A stretch of 63,997 nt of DNA, counting the filler, from Octopus bimaculoides (lineage: Eukaryota): the NCBI RefSeq assembly GCF_001194135.2. It is 8 parts of 8 records of this genome, joined end to end, with 100 filler letters (N's around TTAATTAATTAA, not from the genome) between each part and the next. Parts side by side here need not be neighbours in the genome. Positions count along the whole stretch, not along the records: positions 1 to 18,570 come from NC_068993.1; 7 more parts are not named here. One strand, written 5' to 3'. The notes below the pieces were generated by a model that was not told where the DNA came from, made no database searches, and worked only from the letters and a program-made list of their open reading frames with translations. This document shows positions 1 through 12,423 of the stretch, piece by piece. Every line of letters begins with the position of its first letter. Positions within the stretch are counted from its first letter, which is position 1. The position numbers and the translations under genes were made by a program.

Positions 1-50
<50 letters not shown>
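1..50. repeat. (TG)n microsatellite
   Basis: Pure TG dinucleotide run at the window start. Confidence 0.98.
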
Positions 51-55
<5 letters not shown>

Positions 56-148
56 GTGCATACACACTGCAACACAAAGGGGCCACCCGACTGAGGAACA
101 AACTCACTCACTCACATCTTACCTCCATCTCCGTCTCCTCTACCGCTG

Positions 149-445
149 TTACAATGGCTTCCGTCTTTCCATAATAACAGATACATCCTTCCTTTGGACA
201 TATGCTTCATTTCCAAAATCCTGCACTAAAAACTCCACCCAGAATTCACTAATCAGAACTGTCATCCGCTGAAACCATATCCTTGCCTCTGTTTGTTTAT
301 TTTAGCGGTATCGTCCGTTAAAAGTCCCAGATAAACGTTAATTCTATTGACTTTTTCGTCAACGATTATATCTTCAAGAGTGGAAACAATTGAGTCATGA
401 TATCCTTGACTGTTTTCTTTCAAAAGTGTGTTCGTCATAACAATA
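149..445 (-). pseudogene. Possible coding relic; distal frame weakly Tudor-like
   Basis: Unique, non-repetitive island. Minus frame 445-262 reads MTNTLLKENSQGYHDSIVSTLEDIIVDEK...; a second frame 301-149 reads ...WFQRMTVLISEFWVEFLVQDFGNEAYVQRKDV.... Motif resemblance judged by eye only. Confidence 0.2.
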
Positions 446-835
446 TATATTATACATACATGCATACGTACGTACATACATACATACGTACGTACGTACA
501 TATCATACATGCATACATATGTATGTGAGTACTTACATATATACCTACCTACCTACCTACATACATACATACATACATACATACATGCATACATAAATAC
601 GTACGTACTCACATACATGCATACATACGTACGTACATATATTCATACACACATACATGCAAAAATACATACATACACATATATGTATACATACATACAT
701 AAATGAGTACATTCATACTCATACATATACATAGACACAATATATGTATATTTACACATATATTTACACACATATACATATAAACATGCGTACACACGCG
801 CGCGCGCGTGCGCACACACTCACACACACACACAC
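446..835. repeat. Compound (TACA)n/(TA)n/(CA)n simple repeat
   Basis: Directly visible low-complexity tract. Confidence 0.95.
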
Positions 836-957
836 ATGGTTCCGGGTTCAGTTCCACTGCGTGGCACATTGGGAAAGTGTCTTTTACTATAGACTCGGGC
901 TGGCCAAAACCTTTTCAGTGGATTTGGTAGACGGAAACTGAAAGAAGCCCGTCGTAT
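836..957 (+). mobile_element. SINE family B, 5' part (tRNA-like head remnant)
   Basis: ACATGGTTCCGGGTTCAGTTCCACTGCGTGGCAC...GATTTGGTAGACGGAAACTGAAAGAAGCCCGTCG; the same sequence recurs at 10021, 25190-25340 and 48938. Confidence 0.85.
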
Positions 958-1228
958 GCAAATCACGCACTAATTTTTTTTTTTTTTTTGGCATAATATT
1001 ATGAATTTCCGTGTGTAGAATAGAAATTTGCACAAATTTTCTGAAAATTCCAAAAACGTCAAAAGGTCATGAGGGGTTATATGGTGTGCCTAAAGCAGAA
1101 TTCCGCTGATATTTCATTTGTTTACAGTTGGCAACACCTTCAGTCACGCACAAAATGACAACTGGGTATAAATTGTCAAACTTTAAACCTCTGTAACTTT
1201 TGCAAAAAGTTTTCTTTAAAAAAGTGAA

Positions 1229-2160
1229 TTAGTACGGAAACCATGTTGGTTGGGGTTCAGCAGATTGTTGTCTTCGAGGAAGTGGGTTATTCGCGATCTC
1301 ATCCCTCCTCTCAAATACTTTAATGATATGAGAGGTGAGTGAAATCGGACGGTAGTTCACTGCAAGAGATTTGTCTCCCTTTTTGAAGACTGGAACGACA
1401 GACTGGGAAAGAAAATGATCGGGAATGTAGCCTGCATCAAGTGAGTTTCTCCGGAGTTCAGCAAGATGGGGTGCAATTTGATATCGACCCATTTTCAGGA
1501 CAGTGGCCGGGAATTTATCGGGACCTACTGCCGGGTTGTGCTTGACGTTATTTATTTCTGTTAGGATATCAGGAGCACCAAAAGTAATGTCAACTATGGT
1601 TAGTTGAGAGTTTACATCATTGATACTAGCCAGATCAACCGCATTAGCGCTACTGAAAACAGAGCAGTATTGTCTCTGCAGTATCTCGCACATGGATTTT
1701 GCATCATCATGCAGGGTGTTGTTCTCATCAACCAAAGGACCAACAGTGGAAACAGCGTCTTTGTGTCTTTTTGCAAATGAAAAGACCACTTTGGGATTAA
1801 GTTTTATTTTCTCAATGGCCCAACTCTTCTCAGCTGCTCTTTGTTTGTTAATGATGGTAATCATGCTTTTTTGGAGGTTGTGTGTTTTTTTTTATTCGAA
1901 TGATGCAATGACAGTTGAATGGGTGCGTTGCTGCTGGCTGTATTTAAGTTGGTTGATTTTCTTGTTCTTTTTATTTTTCTGATAATTGCTTTTCTATTTC
2001 TAGGGATTCTGCACTTAGGTTTGTATACTGATCCTAATGGAGTATGTTTTGCACATATATTTGTTACAATATCTACAAATCTCTGTCATGATGTGTTTAT
2101 GTTGGGGGGGGGTGCGTACGAGAAGGCCCAATCAACGTGTGAAAGATCAAGATTGATCGC
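1229..2160 (-). mobile_element. CR1/L2-like LINE ORF2 fragment (linker and start of RT), frameshifted
   Basis: ORF 1864-1229 contains PAVGPDKFPATVLK...VVPVFKKGDKSLAVNYRPISLTSHIIKVFER; after a frameshift it continues RITHFLEDNNLLNPNQHGFR. These are canonical pre-RT motifs of CR1-group LINEs. Confidence 0.9.
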
Positions 2161-2204
2161 ATCCCAGTCTACGTATGTACACACACATATGCACACATAC
2201 ATAC

Positions 2205-2234
2205 ACACACAGACAGACAGACAGACAGACAGAC

Positions 2235-2299
<65 letters not shown>

Positions 2300-2307
2300 G
2301 ATAGATG
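2205..2307. repeat. (AGAC)n(AGAT)n tetranucleotide repeat
   Basis: Directly visible. Confidence 0.95.
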
Positions 2308-2477
2308 TGCTATAACACGCATAATGATTGATGTTGTAACATACCATCACATACGTATATGTAATGCTATTCTTTATTTTTGAGATAATACCATCTCTAC
2401 CAAACAAGAGATGATTATGTGTGTGTATGTGTATTTGTGTTCGTGTGCGTGTGTATCTGCGTTTGTGTATGTGTGCA

Positions 2478-2588
<111 letters not shown>

Positions 2589-3299
2589 TAAAACTATATA
2601 ATATTTTAAAATGCATAAATGATTTTTAAAAGAACATTTGAAACAATACAATATAATTAATTCACGTGCTGGAAACTTTTGTAAGTTTTTGGCCTTTTAT
2701 TTGGAAATATAATAATCGCGAAGTTATTTCAAGACCTTATCATTGTGGGTCGCTGCGATGATACAGCATATATACAGATATATAGATGTGTGTGTGTTCA
2801 AATGACATTAAATAAAAAAAAAAACTATGTAGGTGTGTTTATGTATACAAAATAAAATAAGCCGTGCCAACGCAGACCAACACAAGTATCTTGGAGGCTG
2901 TTTGATTGTATTTGAAATATATATGTATGTGTATGTTTGTGTAAGAATGTGCGTGCGTGTGCATGTGTTAATTGAATGTAAACATTCAGAATTGTATAAT
3001 TCTATGTCTCATGGCCGTTAGTACAGTTGTTTTTCAGAAAACTGAAGTACAAACGCAGTAAACTTAGCCGCTACTCGCAAGCGATTATGACCTGGTAGCT
3101 TGTATCATGCTTCCTCTAATTGTTTTAGATGTCGAACAGACAGAACACCGCCATCACTCTCTGCTCCAGCGAAACATCTAAGACGTGAAAACATCATAGA
3201 CGTGACAGTTGGGAAGAGAGAGAGAGAGAGACAGACAAATACAGAGAGAGTGAGAGAGGAGGAAAGATGCACCAGTAGTCCGCTGGTATTCATTTTTAA

Positions 3300-3425
3300 A
3301 TGTGTTAACTAGAGCAAGGTGAAATAATGGGTCTTGCTCTAGGACACAACACACCGCCCAATCTTGGAACCAAACCTTCGACCATATAATCTTGAACGAA
3401 ACACCCCAACCACTAGGCTACACTC
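3300..3425 (-). mobile_element. Decayed tRNA-derived SINE head
   Basis: Resembles the head of the 13576-13888 element (GTCTTGCTC.AGG.CA.AAC.CACCGCC...CCC.AACCACTA.GC.AC). Confidence 0.6.
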
Positions 3426-3547
3426 CTTGAATATAAGCTATGACATATTACGAATCATAACAATTACGTATTAATACAAAATTTCTGGGCAATAAATTGC
3501 CATCTTACACTAAATCAAGTGTCATCTCACAGTAATTTACGCAAAAG

Positions 3548-3778
3548 TTTGGCTTCAAATTTTGGCACAAGGCCAGTAATTTCGGGGGAGGGGGTTAAGT
3601 CGATTACATTGCTACCCCCCACCCCCCGTACTTGACTGGCACTTATTTTATTGACCCTGAAAGGATGAAAGGCAAAGTCGACCGCTCAGCGGAATTTGAA
3701 CTCACAACGTAGGGATGGACGAAATGCTGGTAAGTATTTTCTCCCGGCGTGCTAACGATTCTGCCAACTCTACGCCTT
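3548..3778 (-). mobile_element. SINE family A (tRNA-derived)
   Basis: The reverse complement has an A-box-like TGGCAGAATCG, a B-box-like GAGTTCAAATTCC and the core CTTTCATCCTTTC..GGTC.ATAAAATAAGT.CCAG. More than 12 copies occur in the window. Confidence 0.9.
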
Positions 3779-4478
3779 TCTTAAACAAAATAGTACCTCC
3801 TATGTAAACACACCAGTCCACAACTTAGACATCTTGAACAACGAAGAAATCTCTACGTGTTACTCGACCTGCAAGAAATAATTGATATTTCTTCCTCAAA
3901 TCCCATCTTAACATCTTCAAAAAAATATAATAAAATAAAAAGGGATACATTAGACGAGGTGATCTTCGAAACACAAAATGGCGGGATTGTTACGATCTGA
4001 ATGCATTTCATCGTGTGTCTATTTCAGGCATGAACAACATTATTCGAGAAATGGGTCGCATGAAACACGGCTCATCACCCTGAGTAGGACTGAAAAGAAA
4101 CTGTGAATGTTTAATGCACCGAAAGGTCAGAAAAGTAGTGCAAGGCATTGAAATAATAGAAAAGAATGAACAATGTTAAGGACAATTGAAAAATATTTAA
4201 AATATTGTAACAGTTTAAACAAAAATTAAAACTATCTGTAAAGGACTGTAATTGCTAAAAATAAATGAGGAATTTCGAATAGAAATGAAATACAAAGGAC
4301 AAAGATTAAACGTGGAAGAAATAAACTATGTGACGAAATAGAAAATGGAGGGAAAAAACAACTGAAAGACAGAGGAACGGATTGAAATAAACCGAACTAC
4401 TTCCGTAATAAAAATAACTGAAAATAACTGAGCGGGCTCATAAGGACTGCGTGAGAGTAAAATTTCTTAACCGCACAG

Positions 4479-4480
<2 letters not shown>

Positions 4481-4550
<70 letters not shown>
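4481..4550. repeat. (TG)n microsatellite (internal tract of SINE B)
   Basis: Pure TG run directly 5' of the SINE B tail. Confidence 0.95.
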
Positions 4551-4552
<2 letters not shown>

Positions 4553-4556
4553 ATGT

Positions 4557-4764
4557 GTTTGTGTGTCTGTGTTTGTCCCCCAACATCGCTTGACAACCGA
4601 TGCTGGTGTGTTTACGTCCCCGTAACTTAGCGGTTTGGCAAAAGTGACCGATAGAATAAGTACTAGGCTTACAAAGAAAGAATAAGTCCTGGTGTCGATT
4701 TCTTCGACTAAAGGTAGTGCTCCAGCATGACCGCAGTCAAATGACTGAAACAAGTAAAAGAGTA
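4557..4764 (+). mobile_element. SINE family B, 3' half
   Basis: Nearly identical to 27570-27773 (CATCGCTTGACAACCGATGCTGGTGTGTTTACGTCCCCGTAACTTAGCGG...GTCAAATGACTGAAACAAGTAAAAGAGT). Confidence 0.9.
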
Positions 4765-5644
4765 TGTACAAAATGTCTGCAGTATATTACAAGATAAAAA
4801 TGTGATGATGCTTAGGAAAGAATGGCTGAGTTTTATTAACGGAGTCAATAAGTACAAATTTTTCGAGCTGGTGCCTTTTGCTCTACTGGAGAAGTGGTAC
4901 CAGATATGGTTAACAGACATCTCTCTAAAGCTCACCGTATTTAAGCACATACTGACAAACTAAGTCACTTGACCTTTCGTAAATTATACTATTGAGAAAA
5001 TATAATCAACACCTAGGCACGGAATAATATTCTAAGCCATTCGTAAACAGTGTCGACATGTCTAGAATTGTCAAAGTAACGTTGTCAGCTGTGTTACCTT
5101 CATCTTTCGATGTCGAAATTAATTCCGATCGTGAACTTAAAGACACAGTTGTTTTTCCACATAGTTGTTTGTCAAGATCTTTAGGCCTATCAGCTTATCC
5201 TGTCATCACGCAGTGTCATGAACACATTTGGTGCGGATAGTGCATTTATGCTTGTAAGTCAGTTTACTTTCTACGTTTGCTAAATGCAATACTGCGAATG
5301 AAGGTCAGAATGGGGAACCCATTGTTACACCGTAAGGCTGAATGTGAAAGTGGGACAGAATCTACTCAATACATGTAATATAGATGAAATATATATAATA
5401 TATATGTAGCAGAGTATTCGCTTGAAGCTACTGACAAACTCTGTCGCTACTCAGAGTTTCAGACGAAGAAAAAGATGATCTTGCAATAAAGTAAACTCCC
5501 CTAAATGCAGCCAAAATGTCAGGTAGCGGTGCTAAACCGAGAGGGTTAAGTGTACTTTCTGTATAGGTTATGGTGAGATTTGCGGAGAAAATACCGCAAG
5601 GTATTCGGTTCACCCTTCCTACAGTTCTGCCAATCCTTCCCCAT

Positions 5645-5782
5645 GGATTGGTACTTTTTTATCGACCTCCAAAGGATGCAAAATAAAGTTGACCTCGACA
5701 GAATTTGAACTCAGAAGGCTGGAGCCAATACTGTGAAACAATCGGTCCCACGCTCTAAGGACTCTGTCAATCCTACGCCACC
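5645..5782 (-). mobile_element. SINE family A, decayed
   Basis: GGTACTTTTTATCGACC...AAAGTTGACCTCGACAGAATTTGAACTCAGAA matches family A. Confidence 0.8.
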
Positions 5783-6119
5783 GAAGTCAATTTTAGTTTC
5801 CATTTAGAATGTCTTTTACTTTCGCTTTTAAAGATATACGAGGACGTCATGAACACCACAACACTACATAAAAAAATATTTATCGTAAAGAAACTTATTC
5901 CTATTCAAATCCATTTCCTACACTCTGCTTTACTTACAATTGTTCACAGAATGGTCGCTGTGGATTAGGAAGGATTATCGCAATGATAATGGTCGTTGTG
6001 GATTAGGATAGGATTATTGCGTGGATTAGCAACACGAACTTTCCTGAGTTTTGTATTTAAACAAACAGGGAAAATGTCGAATAAGCAAGACATAAAAATA
6101 CGTGACACTGTTCACTGTT

Positions 6120-6274
6120 GTAATTATTACAGTCATCGTTATTGTTGCTGTTGCTGTGGCTGTGACTGTTGTTGTTGTTGTTGTTGTTGTTGTGATATTT
6201 ATATTTATAATGAGATACATGACCGCCATTGTTCTTGCGATGTACATTGAATCTGTCGATGTTGGTGGTGGTGG

Positions 6275-6306
<32 letters not shown>

Positions 6307-6363
6307 GTCGTGGTGGTGGTGGTGGTGGTGGTGGTTGTGGTGGTGGTGATGGTTGTGGTTGTG
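6120..6363. repeat. Compound trinucleotide tract (GTT/GAT/GGT)
   Basis: Directly visible; runs into an N gap. Confidence 0.9.
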
Positions 6364-7013
6364 NNNNNNNNNNNNNNNNNNNNNNNNNNNNNNNNNNNNN
6401 NNNNNNNNNNNNNNNNNNNNNNNNNNNNNNNNNNNNNNNNNNNNNNNNNNNNNNNNNNNNNNNNNNNNNNNNNNNNNNNNNNNNNNNNNNNNNNNNNNNN
6501 NNNNNNNNNNNNNNNNNNNNNNNNNNNNNNNNNNNNNNNNNNNNNNNNNNNNNNNNNNNNNNNNNNNNNNNNNNNNNNNNNNNNNNNNNNNNNNNNNNNN
6601 NNNNNNNNNNNNNNNNNNNNNNNNNNNNNNNNNNNNNNNNNNNNNNNNNNNNNNNNNNNNNNNNNNNNNNNNNNNNNNNNNNNNNNNNNNNNNNNNNNNN
6701 NNNNNNNNNNNNNNNNNNNNNNNNNNNNNNNNNNNNNNNNNNNNNNNNNNNNNNNNNNNNNNNNNNNNNNNNNNNNNNNNNNNNNNNNNNNNNNNNNNNN
6801 NNNNNNNNNNNNNNNNNNNNNNNNNNNNNNNNNNNNNNNNNNAGAGAGAGAGAGAGAGAGAGACGCAGATGACAGACACAGGTAGACAGACAGACAGACA
6901 GACAGTTAGGGGTACAGACCGAACGAAGGAGATAGAGAAAAATACAGGCTGGGTGAAAAAGAGAAAGACAACGAGAGAGAGAGAGAGAAAAAGAAATAGA
7001 AAAATAACAAGAG

Positions 7014-7045
<32 letters not shown>

Positions 7046-7664
7046 GTAGTGTGGTTAAAGCTTCTGAATATATGCGCGTTTGCATGACTTGCATATTTTA
7101 GCGAGTGAGAGAGTGCGCGTGTGTGTGGCATTGTATGTGCATAATAATGTAATAACGTAGAAATGTAACGAGTATTTTTACGGGTAGCGTTGTTGATGTT
7201 GTTTTTACAGTGGTTTAGCACCTGTTCACCTTTGGTCGTGCAGAACTACGATTGAAAGGCATCCAATTGTGACCATCTTGACGTTATTTTTTTTTTTTTT
7301 TTTTTTTTTACCTTTGAATACCATTATTGTACCAACGTTTCTTTGCTGTGTTAAGGCGGTGAGCTGGCATGTCAAGGAGATTTGACTGCTATTTTTAGCG
7401 ACCGCGTAGCCTTCCTTTATGATGTGGAGTGTAGTGTGTCCTATGGCATATACAATGTAGTATGCAGTGGTGTATATAACAACACACACACACACACACA
7501 CAACAACAACAACAACAACAACACACACACAACAGAACTGTATACACAGAATTGTACACAGACACATACACACACACACACACACATGCATGCATCCATA
7601 CGCTTATATACACGTATAGACATTTACATAGTTACTATCACGCGTGCGCGCACACACACTCGTA

Positions 7665-7702
<38 letters not shown>

Positions 7703-8277
7703 CATACACACACGTAAACGAGCCTAGCCAGCTGCACCACGAGGTTACAGTGCGTGGCGATTTATCTGCGACTGCAATTTCAAAGCGCCTTGTCTTTTTT
7801 TGGTAAATCTGTCGAGTTGCGTCCCTTCATGTAAAGGGGAAAATTAAAACATAAATCTTGCGATTCGATCAACATAAATTACAAAGGTCACGATAACCGA
7901 CTAGAAAGATAGAAAAAATAAAAAAACTTGAAGGCAGTACCCCAGCCTGGCCATTGTCTGACGACCGATAGAATAATATATATATATACACTGATATTTT
8001 CACTCTTATTCTTTAAAATGTACACCGTTACAAAAAACATCTATTGTATAATTGCTATCATCGATGTTGACTCGGCTCAATTTCAAAGACCACATCACCG
8101 ACCATGAGGAAAAAATTGCTGTGGTGACGTTCAGGACTTTTTCGCCTTCTTACTACAATTTCTTTGAAAATTGTATAAAGGGAGATAACTATAATGTGCT
8201 CAGTGCAAGCTTCACCTTATCGATTTAATTGACTTCATATTAACAAAATTTATATCATATATTGTTTATTGATTTCA

Positions 8278-8604
8278 GAGCTGACGGAAACTGTGTGGAA
8301 GTCGGTCGTAAGGGTGTGTGTGTGTAATATTTCTACGTGAGTACGTGTGTGTGTGTGTTTGTTTCTGTATTTGTCAAATATACCCCGCTCGACAACCGGT
8401 GTTGCTTTGTTTATGCCACTGTAAATTAGCAGTTCGGCAAAAGAGAACCGATAAAATAAATACCAGACTTATATAAAAAAAAAGCATAAATAATAAATAA
8501 CAAAACGTAAGTACTAGAGCCGATTTCTTCGACTAAAATAGTTCAAGGCGGTGTCCCAGCATGGCCGCAGTCCACTGACTGAAACAAGTAAAAGATAATA
8601 GATA
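8278..8604 (+). mobile_element. SINE family B, diverged
   Basis: GACGGAAACTG...(TG)n...GACAACCGGTGTTG...GGCGGTG.CCCAGCATGGCCGCAGTC...GACTGAAACAAGTAAAAGA. Confidence 0.85.
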
Positions 8605-8887
8605 CAGATGTGATGACAGAGAAAATCACCCGCAACTCTATTCATGACATGTGCTCTTCATACGGAACTATAGCAACAGAATGTTGCTAGCAATCACTAT
8701 GACAACACAGGGTATTTAGAAATACGTTACAGAGTATAACGACAGAGTATGCTATAGAGGACAATATGGTAACATATGCAGTGACATAATCACAAGTAAT
8801 CTCCCTTTACTAATTTAAAGCCTATCTGCTACAGTGAAGATACCCATTCCACACAATGAGACAGTCACTATCTAATTAAGTGTTATG

Positions 8888-9268
8888 TTGTTGGCACTCC
8901 GTCGCTTACGTCGTCGAGCGTTCCAGTTGATCCGATCAACGGAACAACCTGCTCGTGAAATTAACGTGCAAGTGGCTGAGCACTCCACAGACACGTGTAC
9001 TCTTAACGTAGTTCTCGGGGATATTCAGCTACACAGACTGACAAGGCTGACCCTTTGAATTACAGGCACAACAGAAACAGGAAGTAAGAGTGAGAGAAAG
9101 TTGTGGTGGAAGAGTACAGCAGGGTTCGCCACCACCCCCTGGCGGAGCCTGAGGGAGCTTTAAGTGTTTTCGCTCAATAAACACTCACAACGCCCGGTCT
9201 GGGAATCAAAACCGCGATCCTACGACCGCAAGTCCGCTGCCCTAAACACTGGGCCACTGCGCCTCCAC
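8888..9268 (-). mobile_element. SINE family C, apparently full length
   Basis: Reverse-complement head GTGGAGGCGCAGTGGCCCAGTGTTTAGGGCAGCGGACTTGCGG...GGTTTTGATTCCC is tRNA-like. The body is shared with 13576, 10195 and 41410. Confidence 0.88.
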
Positions 9269-9777
9269 TAATTAAGTGTTATAATAGCATAACAAATGGT
9301 AATTAAAAAATCTAACGTTTCTAAATTGATAAACANNNNNNNNNNNNNNNNNNNNNNNNNNNNNNNNNNNNNNNNNNNNNNNNNNNNNNNNNNNNNNNNN
9401 NNNNNNNNNNNNNNNNNNNNNNNNNNNNNNNNNNNNNNNNNNNNNNNNNNNNNNNNNNNNNNNNNNNNNNNNNNNNNNNNNNNNNNNNNNNNNNNNNNNN
9501 NNNNNNNNNNNNNNNNNNNNNNNNNNNNNNNNNNNNNNNNNNNNNNNNNNNNNNNNNNNNNNNNNNNNNNNNNNNNNNNNNNNNNNNNNNNNNNNNNNNN
9601 NNNNNNNNNNNNNNNNNNNNNNNNNNNNNNNNNNNNNNNNNNNNNNNNNNNNNNNNNNNNNNNNNNNNNNNNNNNNNNNNNNNNNNNNNNNNNNNNNNNN
9701 NNNNNNNNNNNNNNNNNNNNNNNNNNNNNNNNNNNNNNNNNNNNNNNNNNNNNNNNNNNNNNNNNNNNNNNNNNNNA

Positions 9778-10013
9778 TTTCTTCATTGCCCATAAGGGGC
9801 TAAACATAGAGGGGCTAAAGATAGAGGGGACAAACAAAGACAGACAAAGGGATTAAGTCGATTACATCGACCCCAGTACGTAACTGTTAATTAGTTTATC
9901 GACCCCGAAAGGATGAAAAGCAAAGTCGACCTCGGCAGAATTTAAACTCAGAACGTAACGGCAGACGAAATACCACTTAGCATTTCGTCCCGCGTGCTAA
10001 CGTTTCTGCCAAC
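9778..10013 (-). mobile_element. SINE family A (variant tail)
   Basis: AAGTCGATTACATCGACCCCAGT...CGACCCCGAAAGGATGAAAAGCAAAGTCGACCTCGG. Confidence 0.9.
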
Positions 10014-10020
10014 CTAAATC

Positions 10021-10150
10021 CATCACAAGACTTTGGTCGTCTAGGGGCTATAGTAGAAGACTCTTGTCCATGGTGCCGAGCGGTGGGACTGAATCCAGGA
10101 CCGCATGATTGGGAAGCAAGCTTCTTAACCACACAACCACGCCAGCGCCT
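10021..10150 (-). mobile_element. SINE family B head
   Basis: Reverse complement GGCGTGGTTGTGTGGTTAAGAAGCTTGCTTCCCAA...GGATTCAGTCCCAC is tRNA-like with A- and B-box-like motifs. Confidence 0.85.
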
Positions 10151-10194
10151 TTCACGCAATTATAGAATATAAATAATGATGGACTTTGATGTGG

Positions 10195-10520
10195 ATTTCG
10201 ATGCATGTGCTGTCCAGCTATTCGATCAACTGAACAATCAACTCTCTGAATTAGCATGCGAAGTGACAGAGTATTCCACAGGCGCATGTTCCCTTAATGT
10301 AGCTCAGAGCTAGAATCATTGTGACCACAAGTGTAATAAAGCTGGACCTTTGAATTGCATGTATATTCCATCTGACGGGATTCTATGAAGTTTCCTTCCA
10401 CCCAAATTCAGTCACTAGAGTTGGGCGACCAGGGGCTATGGTAAATGCACTGACCTAAAGTGGAATGGAGTGAGACCGAACTTGAGACCTCGTGGCTGCA
10501 GAACGAACTTCTTTACAACT
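10195..10520 (-). mobile_element. Decayed SINE remnants (family C body, then family B head)
   Basis: Weak similarity to 8920-9060 and to 10021-10140. Confidence 0.5.
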
Positions 10521-10611
10521 CAGATACGCTTTCATCCGTTGTAAATAATGTAAAGACTCAAGTTATAAATAATGCAAGTATTTTGAAAATACCCCATATA
10601 TATATATATAT

Positions 10612-10849
10612 CGAAGTAAGCACATAAATGTGAAACAAGGTGGAAAAAAGTGTACTCAAATACCAGAGGTAGAATAATATGGTTTATTTAAAAGCAGCAG
10701 AACTATAACAAAAAGCTGTTATTCAGAGTTTCACGTTCCTGTTCGACCGTTATTTGAAACGACCAATGAAACAGATCCATGATTTTTAATTTATATTAGT
10801 TTTGATTGCATCGTCATTTCTCTCCCATTTTTAACAAAACTGTCTGATG
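10612..10849. mobile_element. Penelope-like terminal-repeat relic, two arms in inverted orientation, hammerhead core split
   Basis: Minus arm 10745-10707 reads CGA-ACAGGAACGT-GAA-ACTCTGAAT-A-ACAGCTTTTTGTT. Plus arm 10833-10849 reads AACAAAACTGT-CTGATG and runs into the gap. The stem I halves are mutually complementary. Confidence 0.55.
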
Positions 10850-11763
10850 NNNNNNNNNNNNNNNNNNNNNNNNNNNNNNNNNNNNNNNNNNNNNNNNNNN
10901 NNNNNNNNNNNNNNNNNNNNNNNNNNNNNNNNNNNNNNNNNNNNNNNNNNNNNNNNNNNNNNNNNNNNNNNNNNNNNNNNNNNNNNNNNNNNNNNNNNNN
11001 NNNNNNNNNNNNNNNNNNNNNNNNNNNNNNNNNNNNNNNNNNNNNNNNNNNNNNNNNNNNNNNNNNNNNNNNNNNNNNNNNNNNNNNNNNNNNNNNNNNN
11101 NNNNNNNNNNNNNNNNNNNNNNNNNNNNNNNNNNNNNNNNNNNNNNNNNNNNNNNNNNNNNNNNNNNNNNNNNNNNNNNNNNNNNNNNNNNNNNNNNNNN
11201 NNNNNNNNNNNNNNNNNNNNNNNNNNNNNNNNNNNNNNNNNNNNNNNNNNNNNNNNNNNNNNNNNNNNNNNNNNNNNNNNNNNNNNNNNNNNNNNNNNNN
11301 NNNNNNNNNNNNNNNNNNNNNNNNNNNNNNNNNNNNNNNNNNNNNNNNNNNNNNNNNNNNNNNNNNNNNNNNNNNNNNNNNNNNNNNNNNNNNNNNNNNN
11401 NNNNNNNNNNNNNNNNNNNNNNNNNNNNNNNNNNNNNNNNNNNNNNNNNNNNNNNNNNNNNNNNNNNNNNNNNNNNNNNNNNNNNNNNNNNNNNNNNNNN
11501 NNNNNNNNNNNNNNNNNNNNNNNNNNNNNNNNNNNNNNNNNNNNNNNNNNNNNNNNNNNNNNNNNNNNNNNNNNNNNNNNNNNNNNNNNNNNNNNNNNNN
11601 NNNNNNNNNNNNNNNNNNNNNNNNNNNNNNNNNNNNNNNNNNNNNNNNNNNNNNNNNNNNNNNNNNNNNNNNNNNNNNNNNNNNNNNNNNNNNNNNNNNN
11701 NNNNNNNNNNNNNNNNNNNNNNNNNNNNNNNNNNNNNNNNNNNNNNNNNNNNNNNNNNNNNNN

Positions 11764-11839
<76 letters not shown>

Positions 11840-12423
11840 TGTATGCATGTATGTATGAATATGTATATGTGTCTCTGAATGTGTGTGTGTGCATACATGT
11901 ATGTATGTATACATATATATATAAAACAAACATTGGGACATACATATATACATACACTCGAGCGCGTACGTACGTACCTATATATTCGTTGATTCGTGTG
12001 TCAATTATATTGTTTAATCAGTTCGTTCCACAATAGTTCTTGAGTAATTTGTTGTAATAAAGCAATTCAGAGCGACGAACCGATCAAGTTTGACAACTTT
12101 CGGTCATATCATTTTCTATACAGCAATTTCATTAGTGTTGTAGCCGTACATTTACTTGAAACACAGCAATTTGCTGGTTAGCGGTTTGACAGATTAACTT
12201 ATCAACAAGTTGACAGTTGATGGCTACTGTTGACAAGTATGGTTAGACAAACAAAAAACTGTCCATGTACAACAAACAGCAATTTCTTTTCGTAATGACC
12301 TACATTTGGGCTTTGTTATTTATTTTTTTTTTTCTTTTAACATTGAATCGTGGTCCACCTGTATATTATATCATATCCTATATATTTTTTGTAGTGCCAT
12401 CGTTTAACACTGAATAATTAATA

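Noticed and set aside
270-292. TEARIWFQR looks like homeodomain helix 3
   Set aside because: It lacks the QV/NRR context and upstream helices, and an in-frame stop lies a few codons upstream.
961-1228. Possible DNA-transposon fragment next to the CR1 piece
   Set aside because: Composition is suggestive, but no TIR, TSD or second copy is visible.
5058-5613. Short ORFs on both strands (5058-5240, 5428-5613)
   Set aside because: No recognisable motifs; the neighbouring frames have stops and the splice signals are weak.
9190-9268. tRNA genes at SINE heads (also 13830-13888, 10080-10143)
   Set aside because: A- and B-box-like motifs are present, but they run directly into SINE bodies and no complete cloverleaf is evident.
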